From assembly GCA_043228905.1 (NCBI GenBank), contig JBHGNT010000003.1, forward strand, positions 16,678,001-16,742,000: a stretch of DNA of 64,000 nt. Reading direction: 5' to 3'. Positions within the stretch are counted from its first letter, which is position 1; each line of letters begins with the position of its first letter. Source of the DNA: Azolla caroliniana (lineage: Eukaryota > Plantae > Polypodiophyta). The position numbers and the translations under genes are program-made. Positions 1-11,000 of the stretch are shown here, piece after piece. The notes under the pieces are model-generated. The model was given only the letters and a program-made list of their open reading frames with translations. It was not told the origin of the DNA and made no database searches.

Positions 1-430
1 GAGGTTTCAAGATCTACAATCAAAACATGTGGTTTTCGGATTGCTGAAATTTAGTGGCCGGAAAGCTCAAATTTGTGAAGCTTGCCAGCTAGAGAAGCAA
101 CACCGACTTCCATTCCCCAACGAGTGAAACCGTAGCGGGAATAAGCTTGACCTAATACATTCAGATGTATGGGGACTGACACTAAATGTTAATATTGGCG
201 GGAGTCGATATTTTGTCTCCTTCATCGACGACTACAGTTGGCATATGTGGATCTATCTCATTTAGAAGAAAAGTGAGGTCTTCAACTATTTCCAGAACCT
301 GCAAAGTCTTGTCGAACGGGAAATGGAAAGGAAGATCAAGTGCCTGCGGTCGAATGGCTGAAAACAATACTTTTACGGCCAATTCAACAGTTATCTACAA
401 CAGAAGGGAATTCAAAGAGAATTCAGTTGG
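1..430 (+). mobile_element. Degenerate Ty1/copia integrase fragment (host of copia A)
   Basis: Translates in pieces to DLIHSDVWG, YFVSFIDDYS and KIKCLRS, with stops and frameshifts. Confidence 0.75.
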
Positions 431-3187
431 TCTATTGGTCTATTGGCATGCTAAGCTAACACAAGCTATTGGGAAAGATGTCTCTCCGGATGAGAAGAGA
501 AGTACCGTGTTGGTCAGTATCTTGGCCGAGGCCGAAACCGAAATCGAAATCGAAAACCGAAATCGTTTCGGAAGACTATAATTGAAAATAGTCTAAAATG
601 CCCCGCGTGGGCTATACTTGTAAATAGCCAAAAAGTTGCTTTTGTTTCTAAGAAACTAGGGCAAACTTTAGTAAGGGAGTAGTTGATCATGATTGAAAAG
701 TCAGAATGAGGTAGTAACTGCCTTTGTAACCATGAGTAAGAGAGTGAGAATGTAACTTTGTAGCCGTCTATTAGACGAAGGAGAACTCAAGGTTATTGCC
801 TCCGAGTTCTGTATCTGTACTTCCTCTCTACTATAGTGATCTGTTTTCTCGGGGTTTGTGGACCCCTGTGGTTTTTCCCATTTCGGGTTTTCCACATAAA
901 ATATCGGTGTCTCTGTGTCATCACATTTTTTTCTGTGTACTAGTTCTTGGCTTCTGCACACTACCACGAATGTGTAACCGGTTGTGGCCGATCGATTCCT
1001 AACAAAGTGGTATCAGAGTGATGGAAGACTCGTTCGGCATCATGTTTAAGCTAACCGGCTCCAACTACTTAGTGTGGAAGTCGAAGATGAGAGACATGCT
1101 CGTATGCAAAGACCTCTGGTTGTCAGTGTGCAGTTTGGAGATAAAAGATTAGACAAGATCGATGCAGCGACTTGGGAAGCGTTGCATCTGAAGGCGGTTG
1201 CATATATAAGGTGTTTTATAGACATGAGTCTATACAACAACTTCGGCGAAGAAACAGAAGCAGACGTTCTTCAGAAGAAGATCAATGTCATGTTTGAAAA
1301 CAAGAACGCCATGAATCGAGTCTTAGTATTTTGAAAAATTGTGAGGCTCCGGTGTCAAGATGGCTCCACTATGGTGGAGCACATGAATGACTTCCAAGGA
1401 TTGATGAACCAAACCACCTCTCTAGAAGTACCGCTGGCCGACGAGGTATTAACATTACTGTTCTTGGGATCCCTCTGGTAGTTGGGAGACGCTCGTTGTC
1501 ACTTTGGGCAACGCCGGGCTGGAAGGGAAGCATCTATCCCTAGAGTAGGTGAAGTGAAGCTTGCTGAATAAAGAAGCTCGCCGGAAGGACTGTGAGTCCA
1601 AGACCAACCAGAAGGCCTTAGTCATGGAAGGTGACATGATTCGGGGAAGAGGCTGAAATCAAAGTCCCTAGAACTGAGATAAGTCGGGGACCAGTCGTAT
1701 TCGAGGGGGAGGCCCAAGTGCTTCTATTGTGGGAAGCGAGAGCACTTCCAAAAAAACTGCCGACACTTTCGAAAGGAGAAAGGCGGAGTTGATAGGGTAG
1801 AGCTGAAGAAAATCCCGGACAGAAAGAACACCTCAGCAATCGCCACGAGTGAGGAGGAGTTGTTGCTCATCAGATAGCAAAACGAAGTGAATCTCGCTGG
1901 CGAAGAATTGACATGGGTGGTCGATTCGGGTGTGTCATTCCACCTAACCCCTGACCAAAAGTGCTTCTCATCCTACAAAGTTGGAGATCTCGGATCCGTA
2001 AACTTGGGAAATGAAGGAGCATGCCGAATCGTCATCATTAGAGATGTGTGTTTCGAAACATCAACCAGGTGCAAACTTGTGTTGAGAGATGTACGACACG
2101 TTTCGGAGGTTCGATTGAACCTAATATTAGGCGGTCAGCTAGATGATAAAGGCTACAAGGGTAGCATCCGTAACGGTGTCATGAAGTTCTGCAAGGGAAG
2201 TCTGATCGTGGCTCGAGCCCGGAAAACCAGCACACTATACATAATGAATGCTTGAATATGCCGAGGGGAAGCAAACATGGCAGCTGACACAGTCGGTGAA
2301 CTGTGGCACATGATATTGTGCCATATGAGCCAAAGGGGATGTGAAAGCTTGTCGAGGACAACCTCATTCTGGAGGTGAAGAACGTGCAACTTGAGAAGTG
2401 CATTGATTGCTTGGCTGGCAAGTAGAATCGAGCATCTTTCCAAATGAGGCCCCTGATGCGGAAGAAAATGTCGTTGGAGCTCGTGCATACAGACGTATGC
2501 TATGTGGACATGAAATTGCATGGTGGTTCACAGTATTTTGTGACCTTCATTGATGACTGTAGCAGGAAGTTGTGGGCTTCCGTTGTCATGAAGATTTTCA
2601 GCAATGATATGAAAATTGTGAGGAACATACAAAATCGAGTGTGGTTCTTTACACACAATATGAAACAATAATAGTAAAGATAATATTTTAGATTATTTTA
2701 ATATCTTGGTACGAAAAGATGGATGTCTTCAAGAGCTTCCGAATGTACTTTACTACATTTGAAACGGACAACTAAATGTCAAGTTATGTGAATGTGAAGT
2801 TTGAGAAGAAGAAGAGAAAAACAAAACTATGAGATATCCCATATAGATAAGACAAATCAGGATCCCACAGTATATAAGCAGAGCTAGAACTTATTACTTT
2901 TTGTCTATGTGTGAAGCACAGAATGTTCTTGGGCTAAACTGTGGCTTAACTACTCGTAATGGTTTTGGAGGACCGGATCGGATGGACAGCGATGAAACTG
3001 GAACCGGAACCGAAACCGAAACTGGACCGGCAGACGGCGTCGAACTGGAACCGGACGAGGACGGCAACCGAACCGGCACCGGCGGACGGCGGCGAACTAG
3101 AACCAGACAAGGACAACAACCAAACCGGCACCAGAACCGGACCGGATAGACCGGATCATCGGGTTGGATGCGGACCGGATGAACCAG

Positions 3188-3794
3188 TGTCGTGAAGAAT
3201 TTCGGCCATAGGCGAAAACCGGGAAACATTGGCTACATTGGTGGGGTGCAGCGTGTGTATGCACCCATGTACATTTAGTGTGAATATCGAGGGCGCCTTT
3301 ATGGCGCCAAAGAGTAGTCAAGTCGGGACAGATGATCCCATGTAAGTCGGGATTTGTCCCGCATTGTAATGCCTCCCTTTCCTTGTTCTATAAAAGGGAG
3401 GGAACGCCCTTTGTAAAAGGGTTTCCCATTTTGCATTAGAGGGTATACCGTTAGGTTTAGAGTTAGCTTCTTCTTCTTCTTCTCCTTCGTGTTCGCTTAG
3501 GGTTTGTTGCAGCTCATCTCCTGTGCAAGACCTCGCTCGGCGCGACGAGCCCGAGAGCTCCCCGACGCCGGCTTGGCAGCAGATGACCACTGTAACCTAC
3601 CTCGGTCCGGCTCGAAGCTGGGAATGTATTCTTCTTATATATATATATATATGTATGTTTGTCTGTGTATATTCACGTCGTTGTTGGCGTCGGGTGCTCA
3701 CCCCTTTCCTGCGTTTCCTGTACATAAGGGCGTGAGTCGGGTCAGGCTGTGTGTGCGCGTGTGTGCATGTGTGTGCGTGAGTCGGTGTTAAGCA

Positions 3795-3828
<34 letters not shown>

Positions 3829-6800
3829 CTCTCTCCCTTCGGTTGCTTCCGGTGTGTTTCTGAGATGCCCCAGAAGCAGTGAAGCACGACTTCCTACGCT
3901 CCATCCCTCTCTAGTCCAAGGCCCCCATGGTCCCGCCTTTCTCCACGCACGCGCGTAACAACGCGACATATTTGGTGAACCCGACGTTAAAGGCGGCAAG
4001 GGAGGATGGAGTCGGAAGACGACGACCTTGCGAGATGGTGGCCGGAGTGGTGTTGGAGTCGGCACGAGTAGTGATGAGGCGAGAAGCAGCGCAACAAGCG
4101 GTTGGGCGAGTGGTTGAAAGAGTTGGTTGTTTCAACTGGGACTTTGTCCCATCTAACTTGGAAGCCTACAACGCGGGAATGGAGGAGCGTGGCGTAGACG
4201 AGGCGTTGAGGCTGGAGTTCTTCTGTCGGGTCGTGGCTGTCCGGATGCATGCGGAAATAAAGGAGCTCCGTGAGGCTCATAGTTCGTGGGAGGCCTTCGA
4301 AGAGGCGCTCCTGAAGGCATACGGAGGATGGCGGAAGAGCCGGGGACGACACGACTTTGACCAGTGGGTGGCATCGGCAAAGACCTACCGGGGCGCGACC
4401 AAGGCGTTCCGAGAGTTCGAGCGACGGCTTGCTCGGCTCCCGGAGCGGGAACAAGGTTTGGTGGGGGCGGACAAAATCCTTTTGTTCGTCAGGTCGATCG
4501 ACCGAGCGGAACGGGAAGCCATCGGGATTGAGCTCGAAGACGATGATGGAGCGAATGGGCTTACGGAGGACTGGTCGAAGGTCGGAAGGGTGTGCCAAAG
4601 GCTAGACAACGAGCAAGCCGAGAAGGCTAAGAGGAAGGTACGCGATGGCGTGCCATCACAGCGGGAAGAGGCCGAACGGCAAAGAGAGTCGGCAAGGGTC
4701 GGCATTGGGGCCAGGATTGCGGAGGCGTACGCAGCGCTCAAAGCGATGCTCGAGGAAGAGGGGGGATCGAGGCCAGAAGCTGAGATCGAGGAGACGGACT
4801 TGCCCCACGCGACGGCGGAAGATCGGTACCACGGTACCACGGGAGAGGGTGCGGGACGAGCCACCCTCTCGACATGCGGAGAAAGATCGACCGAGGACGA
4901 GGTCGAGGACGGTGAGGCGGCGATCGCCGATTCGAGCGGACATGAGGGAGGTTGGGCACGGAGGCCCGAAGCATCGAGCGGGGAGAAGACGGGCGGTGGT
5001 GCCGCGACCTTACGCACACCGGGCCTACAGACTCCGGCAACCGGCCCGAGAGCCGGTGTGAGACCTAGAGTGACGGGCGTTGGCGGCGGCAAGGCGGGCG
5101 ACCACGACTGCGACGATGTGGGAGAGGGTGCGGAGAGAGCGACCCTCTCGACTTGCGGAGATAGAACGGCCAAGGACGAGGCCGAGATACAGATCGTGGA
5201 ACCAGAACGTTGGGACCAACGGTTTCGGGCGTGTCAGCCTGAGATCCCGGTCATTGGAGAAGCAAGCCCAGACGGGGCTTGCGCGATCAGTAAGAAGACC
5301 ACCGCCGACCACGAAGAGTCGGGGGCTACGGAGAAGGGCATAAAACGGATGAGTGATTCTTTGTGTCTTCCCACACTTGATCCCAAGACGATGGCAGTCG
5401 GGCCCTAGTACCCACGTGAGTCCCAAGCGGAGGAAGGCGGCGGCGGAGGGCCAAGAATCACCGGCGAGACGATATGGGGAAGGAGCGGACAAAAGCCCAC
5501 GGACCCGATTCCGGAGAACTCGGCATTCGGGCCCGTATGCCCATGTAAGACCGAGGAGATGGATGGCAGTATCGAGGAGTCCTGGAAACGGCCTGCGAGG
5601 AGGTCGAGGACGGACGCGGCACGAGGAGATTGGCCTTCCGATACGGGTAGAGCGTAATCCGGCTGTGGATCGTTCGATCGGGGCCAGAGTCGGCATGAAA
5701 GTGCCGATACGGAAGGGGGTGCGGGACGAGCCGCCCTCTTTTACATGGGGAGAAAGACCGACCGGGCGAAGGTCGAGATTAAGAAGGCGAAGGGCGGTCG
5801 ACGGAGGATCCTTCACACCGGTTCTAGAGACTTCGGCAGTCGGCAACGGGGTCGACGTAAGACCAAGATACTGACGGTGGCGGCGAGGTGACGAAGACAA
5901 TGGGCGTAAGGAAGTCCGGTCCTACGGGATCCCCACACCGGTTCCAGAGACTCCGGCAGTTCGGCCAACGTGGCAACGTGAGACCGAGGGAGAAGGACAG
6001 TGGCGGCTGGAAACGGGACCCGACTACGCGGAAGACACGAGGAGAGTCCGGGAGGGACTCAAACAAAAGGCACCCAAATTTCGGCAAGCATAGAAACGGA
6101 GTCCGGTCCTATGGGACCCTCACACTGATCCGGAGACTCCGGTAGTTCGGCCAACGTGGCAACGTGAGACCGAGGGAGAAGGACGGTGGCGGCAAGGAAC
6201 GGGACCCGACGACATGAGGTTCGGAAGGAGCCGGTAGGGGCAAACGCGAGGAGGTGTGTCAGGCCGGAAAGGCACACCTAGAACAGAACAAGAGTCTCGC
6301 AAATGGCCATCGCGGGCCGGATCGAAGCGTGACTACGGGACGGTGTTCGGCGCGGGCGGGGCCGAATGAAGGAAGCGGAAGACGGCACAAGGGAGGTGCC
6401 AAGAACGAAGTGACAAGTGCCTAGTCGACTGCACAAGATCGGAATCAGGATGGCAACAGAGGTCGGAGGAGGATCCTCCACACTCGCTCCGTAGATCTCG
6501 GTAGCTCCGTCGAAGTAACGAAGACTGACACGGCAAGCCGGGGTGACAAGCTGGTGGGGGCGAGGGGACGACGGCAAGAGGAAGACTCAGGACCTATTGC
6601 AGCAGCACGAGGATGGGAAGGGCCAAGCGGGCTACTACGGGGTGTTCCTCGGATGCAAATGACACCGGTATGCGGGTGAACAGCGATGCACGATCTGGCC
6701 GGAAAAGGGGCCGACGAGGAGTGCAACACGGGCAGTGCCAAACAACGGACTAGGGTATGTGGCACACGGAGGTGCCGGAGCGGGAAGGCGAGCGCGGAGA

Positions 6801-7701
6801 AGGCCGGAAAGGAATCCTCCACATCGTTCCGGAGACCATGGCGGATCGAGCCGACGCGGTAATGTAAGACCATGGAGAAGGAAGGTGGGGGCGGAAGGAC
6901 GACGGCGACGCGAAACACCATCGGGACATCACGATTCGACAACGGAGGCCAAGCGGGCTGCCACGGGCATTCCTCAAGCGGAGGACATCGGGCATACGAC
7001 GGGAAGCGGGGCGTTCATACAGCCGAACAAGGGCCAACGGAAGAACGCGTGCTACGGAGATCGCGACTGAGGACCCATCGACGGGTCGAACGAGCCTACG
7101 GGGAGGCGAGCGTGAAGGAAGACTCGAAGCCTACGGATCAAACCGGCAGCGAGCAGAGATGCGGATCATGGGAGACCAGTTTCTCACCGGCCGAAATCTC
7201 TCACCCTTCAACCAGATTGGCACATACCGGTGGACGTGCAGTTAGGTGGGGGCGGATGTCGTGAAGAATTTCGGCTATAGGCGAAAACCGGGAAACATTG
7301 GCTACATCGGCGGGGTGCAGCGTGTGTACGCACCCATGTACATTTAGTGTGAATATCGAGGGCGCCTTTATGGCGCCGAACAGTAGTCAAGTCGGGACAG
7401 ACGATCCCATGTAAGTCGGGATTTGTCCCGCATTGTAATGCCTCCCTTTCCTTGTTCTATAAAAGGGAGGGAACGCCCTTTGTAAAAGGGTTGCCCATTT
7501 TGCATTAGAGGGTATACCGTTAGGTTTAGAGTTAGCTTCTTCTTCTTCTTCTCCTTCGTGTTCGCTTAGGGTTTGCTGCAGCTCATCTCCTGTGCAAGAC
7601 CCCGCTCGGCGCGACGAGCCTGAGAGCTCCCCGACGGCGGCTTGGCAGCAGACGACCACTGTAACCTACCTTGGTCCGGCTCAAAGCCGGGAATGTATTC
7701 T

Positions 7702-7732
<31 letters not shown>

Positions 7733-7861
7733 CGTTTGTCTGTGTATATTCACGTCGTTGTTGGCGTCGGGTGCTTACCCCTTTCCTGCGTTTCCTGTAC
7801 ATAAGGGCGTGAGTCGGGTCGGGTTGTGTGTGCGTGTGTGTGCGTGATTCGGTGTTAAGCA

Positions 7862-7901
<40 letters not shown>

Positions 7902-8041
7902 CTCTCTCCCTTCGGTTGCTTCCGGTGTGCTTCTGAGATGCCCTAGAAGCAGTGAAGCACGACTTCCTACGCTCCATCCCTCTCTAGTCCAAGATCCCCG
8001 TGGTCCCACCTTTCTCCACGCACGCGCGTAACAACGCGACA
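3188..8041 (+). mobile_element. Element B: non-autonomous gypsy-type LTR element (gag-like ORF, no pol)
   Basis: Near-identical LTRs 3188-3968 and 7257-8041 (TGTCGTG..CGCGACA), PBS TGGTGAACCCGACGT 3973-3987, PPT TTAGGTGGGGGCGGA 7242-7256, TSD CCAG/CCGG. Confidence 0.9.
3927..5408 (+). CDS. Gag-like protein of element B: capsid-like N-terminus, then a repetitive acidic/Gly-rich tail
   Basis: N-terminus (VGCFNWDFVPSNLEAYNAGM..WEAFEEALLKAYG..LLFVRSID..GLTEDW) aligns by eye with the gags of C, D and G; true start codon uncertain. Confidence 0.65.
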   Translation: MVPPFSTHARNNATYLVNPTLKAAREDGVGRRRPCEMVAGVVLESARVVMRREAAQQAVGRVVERVGCFNWDFVPSNLEAYNAGMEERGVDEALRLEFFCRVVAVRMHAEIKELREAHSSWEAFEEALLKAYGGWRKSRGRHDFDQWVASAKTYRGATKAFREFERRLARLPEREQGLVGADKILLFVRSIDRAEREAIGIELEDDDGANGLTEDWSKVGRVCQRLDNEQAEKAKRKVRDGVPSQREEAERQRESARVGIGARIAEAYAALKAMLEEEGGSRPEAEIEETDLPHATAEDRYHGTTGEGAGRATLSTCGERSTEDEVEDGEAAIADSSGHEGGWARRPEASSGEKTGGGAATLRTPGLQTPATGPRAGVRPRVTGVGGGKAGDHDCDDVGEGAERATLSTCGDRTAKDEAEIQIVEPERWDQRFRACQPEIPVIGEASPDGACAISKKTTADHEESGATEKGIKRMSDSLCLPTLDPKTMAVGP

Positions 8042-11000
8042 CCGGATAGATGGATCGATCAGATAGGTTGATCACGAAGATTTTAGTGTGAAAGAACAAA
8101 ATCATCTAGACTAAAAAAACCTAGTAAAAATCTGTATACAAAAGGATGCAAGCAAGGCTTGAACCTTGCACCTTCAAGTTAGGAGGTAGTAAACTTACCA
8201 CTAAGCCAAGTCATTTCTTAAATGTTTTTTCTATCATTATACTTTTACATCTAAATTCTCATATTAGAGCGTTATTGAGTGACATGGTTATCATGCATCA
8301 CATGTAATGCATGAGCGCCAAATGGCAAACATGCATCACATGCATTCCATACATTGTATGCATGTCTTGTACCCTCACATGCATCATATGGATAGGGGCG
8401 TCTATAAAAGAGTGGATGAAAAAGATCAAAGGGAGCTAGGTATGAATCAAGAATTTAAGAAAAAAATTCGTTATCCAATTGATGATATATCTTGTTCCTC
8501 AAATCTAAAGTCAAGGGTTCAATCTTAATCTCTCTCTCCATTTCAATCTCTCTAAATCTAAAGTCAAGCGTTTTATCTTATCTCAATCTCTCTCTCTTTC
8601 AATCTCTCTTAAATACTTTCTCGCTAAATCTAGTGCAAACTTTGAATCCTTCCGGTCCAGAACCCCGGCGGTTCCGCCTCACGATCCGAACGTAGTGAGG
8701 GATTTTTCACGACATTGTGCTAAAGACGAAGGGTCAAGTGTTATCCGTCTTCAAAGAGTTCCAAGCGAGGGTCGAGAGAGAAACCGGCCGAAAACTGAAG
8801 GCAATCCGAGCGGACAATGGCGAAGAGTATCATGGACCGTTCAAGGAATATTGCCGAAATCAAGGAATCTGGCTCGAGTACATCGTGCCGAAGACGCCAG
8901 AGCTTAATGGATTGGCCGAGAGAATGAACCAGACCGTAATTGAAAGGGTCTGAAGTATGCTTGCACATGCTAAGTTACCGAAGACGTTCTAGGTTGAGGC
9001 GTGATAAACCGATCACCCTCAGTACACTTGGACGGTGATATTCCACAAAGGGTGTAGAGTGGCAAAGATATATTGTACCGACATTTGAGGGTGTTCGGCT
9101 ATCTTGCTTATGTGCATGTGGCAAAGGACTAGAGGGGGAAGTTGGACCCGAAATCTCGGCCATGGATATTTCTCGGCTACAGCAATGATGAATTTGGTTA
9201 TCGGCTATGGGACTTAGCCGAGAAGAAAGTGATTAGGAGCCGCGACATTGTCTTCATGGAGGAAAAGACAGTAGTCGACTAGGAGATTGAGAATAAGTCT
9301 CCAACTACCAAATCGAACCGAGTCGACGCTTAGCCGAATCAAGTAGAAGCCGATTCAATTGAAATCGAATCTGAGTCAGTCGGCCGAGTTAATACTCGGC
9401 AAAATCGAGAACTGATTGAAGAGCAAGGGGAAACAGCCGAACAAGGAACCAAATTCGAATTGGCTGAAGAAGTCGATGAAGAACCGACTGTGCCGAATGG
9501 AGGCCTAAGAGAAAGGAGGGGCCCCCAAAGATTTGTGGATGAAGAGCATGTACTGCTAACCGATGAAGGGGAGCCGGAAAGCTTTGAAGAAGCTAAGGAC
9601 GATACCCACAGCCGAAATTGGTTGAGTGCCATGCAAGAGGAGATGAATTCTTTTCATGAAAACCACACATATGAACTGACCGAACTGCCGAGAGGAAAGA
9701 AGGCACTTCATAATAAATGGGCATACAAGATGAAATTGAGAGATGGCGGGAATCCACCCAAGTACAAAGCATGAATCGTCGTGAGAGGCTTTCAACAGAA
9801 GAAGGGTGTCAATTTCAACGAAATATTTACGTCGGTCGTAAAGATGACATCAATTTGAACCATGTTGAGCATCGCAGTCAGCATGGACCTCCAAGTTGAA
9901 CAACTGGACATCAAGATTGCCTTTCTCCATGGAGCTTTGGAGGAAGAGATATGCATGCACCAGCCGGAAGGATTCGTGGAAAAAGGTAATGAAAGTCTGG
10001 TATGCCGATTGAGGAAGAGCTTGTACGGGTTGAAGCAAACTCCTCGGCAATGGTACCGAAAATTTGAATCCTTCATGATTGAAAACGGGTACCACAAAAC
10101 GCAGGCCAATCACTACGTATTTGTGAAGAAATTCGACGGAGGAGATTTCCTCATCCTCCTATTGTACGTGGACGACATGCTGATTGTCGGACGGGACCAT
10201 AAGAAGATCCAAGTGTTGAAGAAAGCCTTGAGCAGATCGTTCTCGATGAAGGATATGGGTCCTGCAGAACAAATCCTAGTGATGCACGTTGTTTGGGATC
10301 GAACATAAAAATTGTTGTGGCTATCACAAGAAAAAGACGTGACAAAGGTGCTCTAGAGATTCGGCATGGAAAGCGATGTCGCGTTGCTACGCGCGTGCGT
10401 GGAGAACAAGGCGGGACCACTAGGGTCTTGGACCGAGGAATAGGTGAGGGAAGAGAGAGAGAGAGAAACGCTCACTCACGTATAACAAAGAGGCGCACGG
10501 GGACGCGGCACAACAACACAGGAGACACGAGTTGAGAACACTAGAGTATGTATGTAAATATAGGCATGTATTTGTAAGAATGGAGATGACTCGAACGGTT
10601 ACAGCCGATCAGGTCGGTGAGGTGGATGCCGACGCCTGATCACCCACGCACATAGGAGAGAAAGATGGAGATTCTGCCGGAATCACACGGGCGTTCCACT
10701 GAGCAGAATCAGCCTCCTGAGAACCTGCGTAAAAGAAGCTATGGAGAATGACAGAGAAGAGGAGCTCGGTCCCAGTCCGACAACACTTCGTTCCTTCTAG
10801 CGCCCCCCCCTTTTCTTCTCTCCCGTCTCCCTCTCTTTTATAGCTCAAGGAGGGAGGCCGCCTTGCCCGTTTACATCACATTAATTCTCTGTCCTTTCGG
10901 ACAGAGATACTCCTCGATTCTCCCTATAGAATATTGCTACCTAGGATCTAACCTTTGTGCCTACCTATCTACTGTACGACAAGGGACATGCCCACGTGTA

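Larger units (their letters stand above)
2584..8714 (+). mobile_element. X1: AT-rich gypsy-type solo LTR (~1.28 kb once nested element B is removed)
   Basis: TGTCATGAA...TTCACGACA termini; 4-bp TSD CCGT/TTGT in the copia A integrase (KLWAS|VLKTK restored on removal); TATA-like TATAAAAG ~8403; 3' end resembles X2 and the D LTR. Confidence 0.75.

Noticed and set aside
4385-5900. Long antisense ORFs (262 and 291 aa) and similar shadow ORFs opposite pol genes
   Set aside because: Expected in GC-rich coding-like DNA; low-complexity translations with no recognisable motifs
8148-8215. Functional tRNA gene
   Set aside because: A/B boxes and a T-arm-like hairpin are present, but I could not build convincing acceptor and anticodon stems
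2584-8714. X1/X2 as TIR DNA transposons (MITEs)
   Set aside because: Termini are short TGTCG/CGACA LTR-type ends, and the X2 homologue at 18011-18912 directly follows a PPT, so these are LTRs
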